Source of the DNA: a virus
Direction: 5' to 3' (one strand)
IMG/VR virus record: IMGVR_UViG_3300025646_008465
Span: 1-64,000 of that record
Length of the DNA stretch: 64,000 nucleotides
The stretch's first letter is position 1, and each line of letters begins with the position of its first letter. This document shows, piece after piece, positions 56,501-64,000 of the stretch. The position numbers and the translations under genes are program-made. The notes below the pieces were generated by a model. The model was not told the origin of the DNA, made no database searches, and saw nothing but the letters and a program-made list of their open reading frames with translations.

Positions 56501-57935
56501 CTGAAGAACCTGTAGTACCTGAAGTACCACTTGTAGCACTTTGACCTGATAGTCCTGCTATACCACTAGTTCCAGTTGAACCCGCAGTACCTGAAGTGCC
56601 TGAAGTGCCTGATTGACCTGAAGAACCTGATGTTCCGGATTTTCCTGAAGTTCCATTGGCTCCGTTTGAACCAGAAGAACCAGTACTACCGGAAGTACCT
56701 GAAGTTCTAGATTGACCTGATAAACCATCTATGCCACTTGTTCCTGTAGAACCACTTGTTCCACTAGTACCACTTGTTCCGCTATTTCCTGAAGAACCTG
56801 AAGTGCCGGCTTTACCACTAGTTCCATTAGCTCCATTTGAACCTGATGAACCTGTAGAACCACTAGTACCTGAAGTTTTTGAAGCTCCACTTAAACCATC
56901 AATACCAGAGGTACCTGTTGAACCCGCAGTACCTGAAGTGCCCGAAGTATTAGAACTTCCGGATGAACCTGAAGTACCTGATTTTCCTGAAGTACCATCA
57001 GCTCCATTTGTACCTGAAGAGCCAGTTGAACCACTAGTACCTGAAGTTCTAGATTGACCTGAAAGACCATCAATACCGCTAGTACCTGTAGATCCGGAAG
57101 TACCTGAAGTACCTGAGGTATGAGATGAACCTGAAGAACCAGATGAGCCAGATTTTCCTGAAGTACCAGTTGAACCTGAAGAACCTGAAGAACCTGAAGT
57201 TTTTGAAGCTCCACTTAAACCATCTATACCTGAGGTACCTGTAGATCCAGCTGTGCCTGAAGTACCTGAAGTGTTTGATGAACCCGAAGAACCGGCAGTA
57301 CCTGATTTACCACTTGTTCCATTAGCTCCATTTGAACCTGAAGAACCTGTAGAACCACTAGTTCCTGAAGTAGCACTTTGACCTGATAAACCTGCTATAC
57401 CTCCAGTACCTGTAGAACCTGATGTACCACTTGTACCTGAAGTACCATGTGAACCTCCAGATGTACCTGAAGTGCCTGATTTGCCTGAGGTACCACTAGC
57501 TCCCACAGTTCCTGAAGTACCTGTAGAACCTGATGTTCCTGCAGTACCTGAAGTACCTGTTGTACCACTAGTACCTGAAGTGTTAGATTGACCACCAGCT
57601 CCTGTAGAACCTGATGAACCTGATGTAGTTGAAGCACCTTGTGAACCTGAAGTACCTGATTTTCCTCCTGTACCTGAGGTACCTGATTTTCCATTTGTAC
57701 CTGAAGTGCCTGATGTTCCTGAGGTTACAGCACCTCCTGAAGAACCTGAAGTACCGTTAGAACCAGCTCCACCACCACCTGAATAGATAACAGATATTAC
57801 ACGTCCGTCATCATCTACAGCTAAAACTCTGTCAGCAGTAGACCCTGAGGGTACGCTCAATAAAAACAGGTCTTGTTTGAAAACCGATTGACCTGGGCTA
57901 TCTCGTCTACTGGAGAATTTTCTGTTTTCAGCCAT
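53532..57935 (-). CDS. Gly-Ser-Thr-rich collagen-like fibre protein 1 (1467 aa)
   Basis: More than 1300 residues of Gly-X-X triplets (GTS, GSS, GST) between short non-repeat ends; C-terminal GWL...IGG..YWVPAW; ATATTTAT motif at 57962-57969. Confidence 0.85.
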   Translation of the reverse strand: MAENRKFSSRRDSPGQSVFKQDLFLLSVPSGSTADRVLAVDDDGRVISVIYSGGGGAGSNGTSGSSGGAVTSGTSGTSGTNGKSGTSGTGGKSGTSGSQGASTTSGSSGSTGAGGQSNTSGTSGTTGTSGTAGTSGSTGTSGTVGASGTSGKSGTSGTSGGSHGTSGTSGTSGSTGTGGIAGLSGQSATSGTSGSTGSSGSNGANGTSGKSGTAGSSGSSNTSGTSGTAGSTGTSGIDGLSGASKTSGSSGSSGSTGTSGKSGSSGSSGSSHTSGTSGTSGSTGTSGIDGLSGQSRTSGTSGSTGSSGTNGADGTSGKSGTSGSSGSSNTSGTSGTAGSTGTSGIDGLSGASKTSGTSGSTGSSGSNGANGTSGKAGTSGSSGNSGTSGTSGTSGSTGTSGIDGLSGQSRTSGTSGSTGSSGSNGANGTSGKSGTSGSSGQSGTSGTSGTAGSTGTSGIAGLSGQSATSGTSGTTGSSGSNGANGTSGKSGTSGSSGNSGTSGTSGTAGSTGTSGIDGLSGQSRTSGTSGSTGSSGSNGANGTSGKAGTSGSSGQSGTSGTSGTAGSTGTSGIAGLSGQSSTSGTTGSSGSNGANGTSGKAGTSGTSGSVGSSGQGNTSGTSGTAGSTGTSGIAGLSGQSATSGTSGSTGSSGSNGANGTSGKAGTSGSSGQSGTSGTSGTAGSTGTSGIAGLGGQSSTSGTTGSSGSNGAGGTSGKSGTSGTTGSSGSTGQSGTSGTSGTAGSTGTSGIAGLSGQSATSGSSGTSGKGGTNGTSGLSGTSGSSGNSGTSGTSGLSGTSGSTGTSGKDGTSGTSGLSGTSGSAGTSGKDGTSGTSGKSGTSGSSGNSGTSGTSGTAGSTGTSGIAGLSGQSSTSGTTGSSGSNGANGTSGLSGTSGSTGTAGKGGTNGTSGLSGTSGSTGTSGKDGTSGTSGLSGTSGSSGTSGKDGTNGTSGKSGTSGSSGNSGTSGTSGTAGSTGTSGIAGLSGQSATSGSSGTSGKGGTNGTSGLSGTSGSTGTAGKTGTSGTAGTSGSTGAAGASGISGLSATSGTAGTSGTNGTSGLSGTSGSSGTSGKDGANGTSGLSGTSGSSGTAGKGGGSGTSGTSGTSGSSGTSGKDGASGTSGLSGTSGSTGTAGKGGGSGTSGTSGTSGSTGTSGIAGLAALSATSGSSGTSGKVGADGTSGLSGTSGSSGTAGKNGANGTSGLSGTSGSSGTAGKDGANGTSGLSGTSGSSGTSGKDGANGTSGKSGTSGSSGNSGTSGTSGTSGSTGTSGINGLSGQSATSGSSGTSGKGGTNGTSGLSGTSGSTGTSGKGGGSGTAGTSGTSGSTGAAGASGISGLSATSGTAGSSGTNGNGGNSGGSSTSGSNGTAGTSGASGTNGTSFIGSSGTSGTSGKTGTAGTSGKAGTSGTSGGGGASATPTPASNIPSINGFRDAQVPDNTGLTAYGWLVFNIGGTDYWVPAWNL
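53690..57770. repeat. 9-bp-period coding repeat (cctgaagta-like) with higher-order blocks
   Basis: Directly visible; encodes the Gly-X-X triplets. Confidence 0.9.
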
Positions 57936-58037
57936 TTAGATGGTTAAGTTTGTTATCTATGATAAATATTAAAAAAATATTAGATTATTGGAATTAAAGA
58001 AGGGGTTTTAGCCCCTCCAAATTTAAATATAAAAATA

Positions 58038-58397
58038 CTAACCTGGGGGAGGGTCTCCACATACATAAGGACCTGAAAGTTCAGTCCCATCCCAAAAGTA
58101 ATAAATTCCCTCGGGGTGGGCATAAAATCCAGGATCAGCTACCTCTGCACCACAACCCCCAGGTCTATATAAAATACCTAAATCATTACTAAAATCCCAA
58201 GGTTGGATATCTAATAACTCACATGCTATACCTGGGTCTCCAGGATCATATGAAAGAGTAAGTGGCTTACAACTTACAGAACTAGGCCATCCAGGTATGT
58301 TTGAGGTTGAAAATCCTGAAACTTTACTTAAAGAAGTAATTTCTTTTCCACCTACAAATTGTATACTATTTACATCAATATTAGATATTTTAGCCAT
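58038..58397 (-). CDS. Small fibre-associated protein
   Basis: 119 aa ORF with several Cys, between the two fibre genes. Confidence 0.6.
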   Translation of the reverse strand: MAKISNIDVNSIQFVGGKEITSLSKVSGFSTSNIPGWPSSVSCKPLTLSYDPGDPGIACELLDIQPWDFSNDLGILYRPGGCGAEVADPGFYAHPEGIYYFWDGTELSGPYVCGDPPPG

Positions 58398-58402
58398 AGT
58401 TT

Positions 58403-58738
58403 TTAACTAAAAAATGGTGGATTTAAAATCACAGTAGTTGGATTAGCTTTAGAAGTATTTTCAGCTGATAATTCTGATGTTAGGTATGATAAACCTGTTT
58501 CTCCTAAACTAGCAGTAATCCATCCTACAACTTGTTCTTTAGTTAAATCTTCAAATTCTGTAAAATTTGTAGGGTCTGGAGATGAAACTTGAACAAATAA
58601 TCTTTTACCTGAAGAATAAGGTTTTTCATTAATTATATCTGTTACTCTAAGTACATATTGGATTTTAAAAACTACATTGTTTAATCCATTTTCAGATATT
58701 TTACATTCTAAATTTTCTATATTCCAGTTTATTGTCAT
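58403..58738 (-). CDS. Small fibre-associated or assembly protein
   Basis: W.I..LE...GL.NVV..I.Y...F..F.DLT.EQV.GWI pattern, typical of short proteins that follow phage fibre genes. Confidence 0.65.
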   Translation of the reverse strand: MTINWNIENLECKISENGLNNVVFKIQYVLRVTDIINEKPYSSGKRLFVQVSSPDPTNFTEFEDLTKEQVVGWITASLGETGLSYLTSELSAENTSKANPTTVILNPPFFS

Positions 58739-58748
58739 AATCTATTTA

Positions 58749-61700
58749 TTATAAGGTTATCCAAGTTACATCTGGTTGGAACCATATACATTTTACTGCT
58801 GATGTATTATCAACTACCCATCCTACACCTCTAACTCTATCTCCTGTAGTAAATCCACTAGTATCGTCTGTTACTTGTCCATCAATATCACTTACCCATA
58901 AAGAATCACCTATATTAGTAGCACTAGTTACTTCCTCTGTAGTTATCATACCTTGAATAAATACATCAACTTCTTCATCAGCTCCACCTGTACCATTTAA
59001 TACAATTCCTAGTAACTTTTCAGCACTTACACCACCAGCATTTGCGGGTCTCCATCTACCTGTAGAGAAATTATACCACACTAATTGTCCTTTAGAAAGA
59101 GAGGTATCACTAACCGCTCCTGTTAATACATGACCTTGATAAAGGAAATCACCTATACCTTGTATATTACCCCATTGTTGATAAGTTGTATGTCCAGGGA
59201 ATGGAGCAGTATATGAAGAAACAATACTATTAATATCAGTATCACCTACTAAAAGGAAACCTTTGCTTTGGTCAAAATTAAAGTTAGGACTGCTAGTACT
59301 TCCTAAACCAGAACCTCTAATATCTCCTTCAACATAAAGTATTCTATTAGGTTTATCTATACTTAAGAATTCTGCACTTTGAGCTAAAGTACTAGAAGAA
59401 CCTGTAGAATATAATAGATGGTCTGGTGAATATGACCAAGTACCTCCACTAATACCACTAGTACCATTAAATGATACTCCTGAAGTTGCTGCGGTACCAT
59501 TTGTACCTGAAGTACCATTTTTACCTGAAGTACCACTTGTCCGTGTTAAACCGCTTGTACCGGCAGTACCACTTGTTCCTGAAGTGAATGAAGATGATCC
59601 ACTAGTACCGTTTGTACCATTTTTACCTGAAGTACCACTGGTTCCATTAGTTGCACTTTGTCCTGAGGTACCAGCTGTGCCGCTTGTTCCCGAAGTGAAT
59701 GAAGATGATCCACTAGTACCATTAGTACCATTCCGTCCTGAAGTACCTGAAGTGCCTGAAGTACCTGATTTGCCACTTGTTCCACTAGTACCTGAAGTAC
59801 CTGAGGTAAATGAAGATGATCCACTAGTACCGTTAGTACCATTCCGTCCTGAAGTACCTGCTGTACCACTTGTACCTGAAGTACCGGCTTTACCACTTGT
59901 TCCACTTGTACCTGAAGTACCTGAGGTAAATGAAGATAAACCGCTTGTACCATTAGTACCATTCCGTCCTGAAGTACCACTTGTACCGCTAGTTCCACTT
60001 AATCCTGAAGTACCTGAAGTGCCTGAAGTGCCTGAAGTAAATGAAGATAAACCACTTGTAGCGCTTGTACCATTTTTACCTGAAGTACCACTTGTACCGC
60101 TAGTTCCACTTAATCCTGAAGTACCTGAAGTACCGTTTGTTCCTGAAGTAAATGAAGATAAACCGCTTGTACCGTTTGTACCGTTCCGTCCTGAAGTGCC
60201 TGAAGTGCCTGAAGTGCCTGAAGTGCCTGAAACACCACTTGTACCTGAAGTACCAGTTGTACCTGAAGTAGTACTTAAACCTGATAAACCAGCAGCTCCA
60301 TCTAAACCTGCTGTACCTGAAGTACCTGATGATCCGGCTGTTCCTGAAGTCCGGCTTAACCCGCTTTGTCCGTGGGTTCCTGAAGCACCTGTAGTACCTG
60401 AAGTACCATTTGTACCTGAAGTCCGGCTAGCACCACTTTGTCCGTTAGTTCCTGAAGCACCTGTAGTACCACTTGTTCCTGTAGTACCACTTGTTCCTGA
60501 AGCTCCTGAAGTACGTGAAGCTCCATTTGCTCCGTTTGTACCTGAAGTACCTGTTGAACCGCTAGTGCTTGAAACTCCTGAAGTCCGTGAAGCACCGTTT
60601 GCTCCGTTTGTACCTGAAGTACCACTTGATCCTGAAGTTCCAGATACATTTGAAGCGCCACTATTTCCTGCAGTACCTGAAGCACCTGTAGTACCTGATG
60701 TGCCTGTTGTTCCTGAAGTCCGGCTTAAACCTGATCCTCCGGCATTACCATTAGCACCTGAAGTACCATTTGTACCTGAAGTACCTGAAGTACCTGAAGT
60801 CCGGCTTAAACCTGATCCCCCAGCATTACCACTAGTACCTGTATTTCCTGAAGTACCTGAGGTACCTGTTGTACCTGATGTACCTGATGTTCTACTTAAT
60901 CCTGAAGCTCCAGCATTACCACTAGTACCAGTAGCACCTGTAGTACCTGAAGTACCTGCTGTTCCTGAAGTCCGGCTTAAACCTGATTGACCTGCAACAC
61001 CTGCAGCTCCTGTTGTACCATTTGAACCATTAGTACCTGAAGTCTGGCTAATACCTGATTGACCCGCAACTCCTGCGGCTCCAGTAGTACCTGAAGAACC
61101 TTGAGTTCCTGAGGTTTGGCTTAAACCACTTTGTCCATTAGTTCCTGAAGCACCTGTAGTACCTGAAGTACCTGTTGTACCTGAAGTGCCACTAGCTCCT
61201 GAGGTTCTTGAAGCACCATTAGCTCCATTTGTACCTGATGTACCTGAGCTACCACTTGTACCTGAGGTCCGGCTTAAAGCTGAAGCTCCTGTAGTACCAT
61301 TTGCTCCTGAAGTACCTGAAGTACCTGAACTACCTGAAGTAGCACTTAATGCTGAAGCACCTACAGTTCCGGCATTACCACTTGTACCTGAGGTACCAGT
61401 TGTACCTGAGGTCCGGCTTAAACCACTTTGACCTGCAACTCCTGAAGCACCTGTAGTACCATTTGAACCATTAGTACCTGAAGTCTGGCTTAGACCTGAT
61501 TGACCTGCTGTTCCGTTTGCACCTGTAGTACCATTAGATCCTGTAGTTCCTGAAGTTCCACTAACACCACTTGTACGTGAAGCACCGTTTGCTCCGTTTG
61601 TACCTGAAGTACCTGAGCTACCGCTTGTACCTGAAGTTTGGCTGAGAGCAGAAGCACCTACAGTTCCATTATTTCCTGAAGTACCTGAAGTACCTGTTGT

Positions 61701-64000
61701 TCCTGAAGTTCCTGATACTCCTGAAGTCCGTGAAGCGCCATTTGCACCTACAGTACCATTTGTACCAGTTGAACCGCTTGTTCCTGAAGTTTTAGAAGCA
61801 CCTGAATCACCTGAAGCACCATCAACACCAGCTGTACCTGAGGTACCTGATGATCCGGCTGTTCCTGAAGTAGCACTTAATGCTGAAGCTCCTGTAGTAC
61901 CAGCAGCACCTGTAGTACCACTTGTACCAGTAGTTCCTGAGGTTTTACTTAAACCTGATTGGCCTGCGTTTCCAGCATTACCTGTAGTACCGCTTGAACC
62001 TTGAGTTCCTGAAGTTGCGCTTAAACCACTTTGACCTGCAGTTCCATTAGCACCTGTAGTACCGTTTGTACCAGTTGAACCTGAAGTTCCTGATACTCCT
62101 GAAGTCCGTGAAGCGCCATTGGCTCCGTTTGTACCACTTGTACCTGAAGAACCTGATGTTCCTGAAGTCCGGCTTAAAGCAGAAGCGCCTACAGTTCCAT
62201 TTGCTCCTGATGTACCTGAAGTTCCTGTTGAACCTGAAGTACCACTTAAAGCAGAAGCACCTACAGTTCCGGCATTACCACTTGTACCTGAGGTACCAGT
62301 TGTTCCCGAGGTTTTACTTAAACCTGATTGACCAGCATTACCTGCGTTTCCTGTAGTACCGCTTGAACCTTGAGTTCCTGAGGTAGCACTTAAACCTGAT
62401 TGACCTGCTGTTCCGTTTGCTCCAGTTGTACCATTTGTACCTGCTGAGCCACTTGTACCTGAAGTGCTACTAGCACCTGAAGTTCTTGAAGCGCCGTTTG
62501 CACCTGAAGTACCTGAAGTACCTGTTGAACCTGAAGTACCACTCAATGCAGAAGCACCTACTGTTCCATTATTACCACTTGTACCAGAAGTACCAGTAGA
62601 ACCACTAGTTCCACTTAATGCAGAAGCACCTACTGTACCTGCATTTCCTGAAGTACCTGAAGTACCTGTTGTTCCTGAAGTCCGGCTTAAACCTGATTGG
62701 CCTGCGTTTCCAGCATTACCCGTAGTACCTGAAGAACCTTGAGTTCCTGAGGTAGCACTTAAACCTGAATTTCCAGCTGTTCCATTAGCACCTGTAGTAC
62801 CTGCTGAACCTGTAGTTCCTGAGGTTCCTGATACTCCTGAAGTCCGTGAAGCGCCATTTGCACCTGAAGTACCTGAAGTACCTGTACTACCTGATGTACC
62901 ACTTAACGCAGAAGCACCGTTTGTACCCGTATTACCTGATGTACCGCTTGTTCCTGTAGAACCGCTCGTACCTGATTGGCCTGATGTTCTAGACGCACCA
63001 CTAGCGCCTACAGTACCTGAAGTACCTGATGAACCGCTAGTACCTGATGTTGCACTATCTGCAGATTGACCTGTAGTTCCATTGTTACCAGATGTACCTG
63101 AAGTACCTGTGGTACCTGAAGTCCGGCTTAGACCTGATTGGCCTGCTACACCATTTGCACCTGTAGTACCGTTTGAACCGTTAGTACCTGAAGTAGTACT
63201 TAAACCACTTTTTCCGGCAGTTCCATTTACACCTGTAGTACCTGAAGATCCTGTAGTACCGCTTGTACCACTTTCAGCTGATAATCCAGAAGTACCATTA
63301 GCACCTGTAGTGCCATTTGTACCAGTTGAACCTGAAGTTCCTGAAACACCTGAAGTTCTTGAAGCACCATTAGCTCCAACTGTACCATTTGTACCGGTTG
63401 AACCACTAGTACCTGAAGTTGCACTTAAGTTAGATTGGCCTGCTACTCCAGCTGAACCTGTAGTACCTGAAGTACCGGCTGTTCCTGAAGTAGAGCTTAA
63501 ATTAGATTGACCTGCTATTCCAGCTGAACCTGTAGTACCTGAAGTACCAGCTGTTCCTGAAGTTTGGCTTAAACCACTTTGACCTGCGGTTCCATTAGCA
63601 CCTGTTGTACCTGCTGAACCTGTAGTACCTGAAGTTGAGGATACACCACTAGTACCTGCAATACCATTCTTTCCAGAAGTACCGTTTGTGCCAGTTGAAC
63701 CTGAAGTTCCTGAAACACCACTTGTGCGTGAAGCTCCATCAGCACCTACTGTACCTGAGGTACCTGATGAACCACTTGTTCCTGAAGTTGCACTATTATT
63801 TGATAAACCAGCTGTACCTGCATTACCACTTGTACCTGAAGAACCTGTAGTACCACTTGTAGTACTTAAACCTGATTTACCAGCAGTACCATTTGCACCC
63901 GTAGTACCAGATGAACCTGTAGTACCTGAAGTACCACTTAATGCTGAAGCACCTACAGTTCCATTTTCTCCTGAAGTACCTGAGGTTCCTGTTGAACCTG
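58749..64000 (-). CDS. Gly-Ser-Thr-rich collagen-like fibre protein 2 (at least 1749 aa; 5' end outside the window)
   Basis: Reading the frame from 62546 to 64000 by hand shows no stop, so the ORF-track start at 62546 is an internal TTG. A globular C-terminal region of about 230 aa follows the repeats. Confidence 0.88.
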   Translation of the reverse strand, partial: GSTGTSGTSGENGTVGASALSGTSGTTGSSGTTGANGTAGKSGLSTTSGTTGSSGTSGNAGTAGLSNNSATSGTSGSSGTSGTVGADGASRTSGVSGTSGSTGTNGTSGKNGIAGTSGVSSTSGTTGSAGTTGANGTAGQSGLSQTSGTAGTSGTTGSAGIAGQSNLSSTSGTAGTSGTTGSAGVAGQSNLSATSGTSGSTGTNGTVGANGASRTSGVSGTSGSTGTNGTTGANGTSGLSAESGTSGTTGSSGTTGVNGTAGKSGLSTTSGTNGSNGTTGANGVAGQSGLSRTSGTTGTSGTSGNNGTTGQSADSATSGTSGSSGTSGTVGASGASRTSGQSGTSGSTGTSGTSGNTGTNGASALSGTSGSTGTSGTSGANGASRTSGVSGTSGTTGSAGTTGANGTAGNSGLSATSGTQGSSGTTGNAGNAGQSGLSRTSGTTGTSGTSGNAGTVGASALSGTSGSTGTSGTSGNNGTVGASALSGTSGSTGTSGTSGANGASRTSGASSTSGTSGSAGTNGTTGANGTAGQSGLSATSGTQGSSGTTGNAGNAGQSGLSKTSGTTGTSGTSGNAGTVGASALSGTSGSTGTSGTSGANGTVGASALSRTSGTSGSSGTSGTNGANGASRTSGVSGTSGSTGTNGTTGANGTAGQSGLSATSGTQGSSGTTGNAGNAGQSGLSKTSGTTGTSGTTGAAGTTGASALSATSGTAGSSGTSGTAGVDGASGDSGASKTSGTSGSTGTNGTVGANGASRTSGVSGTSGTTGTSGTSGNNGTVGASALSQTSGTSGSSGTSGTNGANGASRTSGVSGTSGTTGSNGTTGANGTAGQSGLSQTSGTNGSNGTTGASGVAGQSGLSRTSGTTGTSGTSGNAGTVGASALSATSGSSGTSGTSGANGTTGASALSRTSGTSGSSGTSGTNGANGASRTSGASGTSGTTGTSGTTGASGTNGQSGLSQTSGTQGSSGTTGAAGVAGQSGISQTSGTNGSNGTTGAAGVAGQSGLSRTSGTAGTSGTTGATGTSGNAGASGLSRTSGTSGTTGTSGTSGNTGTSGNAGGSGLSRTSGTSGTSGTNGTSGANGNAGGSGLSRTSGTTGTSGTTGASGTAGNSGASNVSGTSGSSGTSGTNGANGASRTSGVSSTSGSTGTSGTNGANGASRTSGASGTSGTTGTSGTTGASGTNGQSGASRTSGTNGTSGTTGASGTHGQSGLSRTSGTAGSSGTSGTAGLDGAAGLSGLSTTSGTTGTSGTSGVSGTSGTSGTSGTSGRNGTNGTSGLSSFTSGTNGTSGTSGLSGTSGTSGTSGKNGTSATSGLSSFTSGTSGTSGTSGLSGTSGTSGTSGRNGTNGTSGLSSFTSGTSGTSGTSGKAGTSGTSGTAGTSGRNGTNGTSGSSSFTSGTSGTSGTSGKSGTSGTSGTSGRNGTNGTSGSSSFTSGTSGTAGTSGQSATNGTSGTSGKNGTNGTSGSSSFTSGTSGTAGTSGLTRTSGTSGKNGTSGTNGTAATSGVSFNGTSGISGGTWSYSPDHLLYSTGSSSTLAQSAEFLSIDKPNRILYVEGDIRGSGLGSTSSPNFNFDQSKGFLLVGDTDINSIVSSYTAPFPGHTTYQQWGNIQGIGDFLYQGHVLTGAVSDTSLSKGQLVWYNFSTGRWRPANAGGVSAEKLLGIVLNGTGGADEEVDVFIQGMITTEEVTSATNIGDSLWVSDIDGQVTDDTSGFTTGDRVRGVGWVVDNTSAVKCIWFQPDVTWITL
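59440..64000. repeat. 9-bp-period coding repeat with higher-order blocks
   Basis: Directly visible; recurring GLSRTS, GASALS and SSFTSG blocks. Confidence 0.9.

Noticed and set aside
7338-57969. T4-type TATAAATA late promoters driving plus-strand transcription
   Set aside because: The motif always lies just upstream of minus-strand genes and flips at the one plus-strand gene, so the functional orientation is ATATTTAT.
58749-62546. ORF-track start of fibre 2 at 62546
   Set aside because: It is an internal TTG (Leu); the frame is open to the end of the window.
53764-63510. Many plus-strand PEVP-rich ORFs and alternate-frame minus-strand VLQV-rich ORFs
   Set aside because: These are shadows of the 9-bp Gly-Ser-Thr codon repeat; the frames stay open only because the repeat has few stop codons.
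1-64000. tRNA genes, introns, inteins, homing endonucleases, DGR reverse transcriptase, stop-codon reassignment
   Set aside because: Intergenic gaps are short and show no cloverleaf; nrdA, the helicase, the recombinase and the visible PolB look uninterrupted; genes tile densely under the standard code.

Overview
A 64 kb segment of a large, AT-rich, lytic-type myovirus with a T4-like replication set and a contractile tail. Almost every gene is on the minus strand and many are coupled by TAATG overlaps. The host is probably Bacteroidota: five intergenic sites match TTTG-N20-TATATT(T/A)A, which resembles the Bacteroidota -33/-7 promoter. In reading order (right to left) the window holds: (1) two giant Gly-X-X fibre proteins rich in Ser/Thr, followed directly by a glycosylation operon (three-module glycosyltransferase, FkbM methyltransferase, GT4, Aah/TibC-type protein O-heptosyltransferase); (2) tail sheath, tube, a frameshifted chaperone pair, tape measure and baseplate genes; (3) a minimal family A polymerase, SSB, UvsX/RecA, 5'-3' exonuclease, helicase and nrdB/nrdA; (4) a lysis region (holin-like genes, amidase endolysin) continuing into a complete PAS histidine kinase, receiver and membrane-protein module; (5) small accessory genes and thyX; (6) a 7-deazaguanine cluster (TGT/DpdA-like, queC, queD, queE, hpt, folE, MazG-like), split by an 8 kb LamG-protein island; (7) a family B DNA polymerase running off the left edge. 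The strongest candidates for undescribed systems are phage-encoded O-glycosylation of the Gly-Ser-Thr fibres and the two-component system inside the lysis cassette. All calls come from motif recognition by eye; no searches were run.
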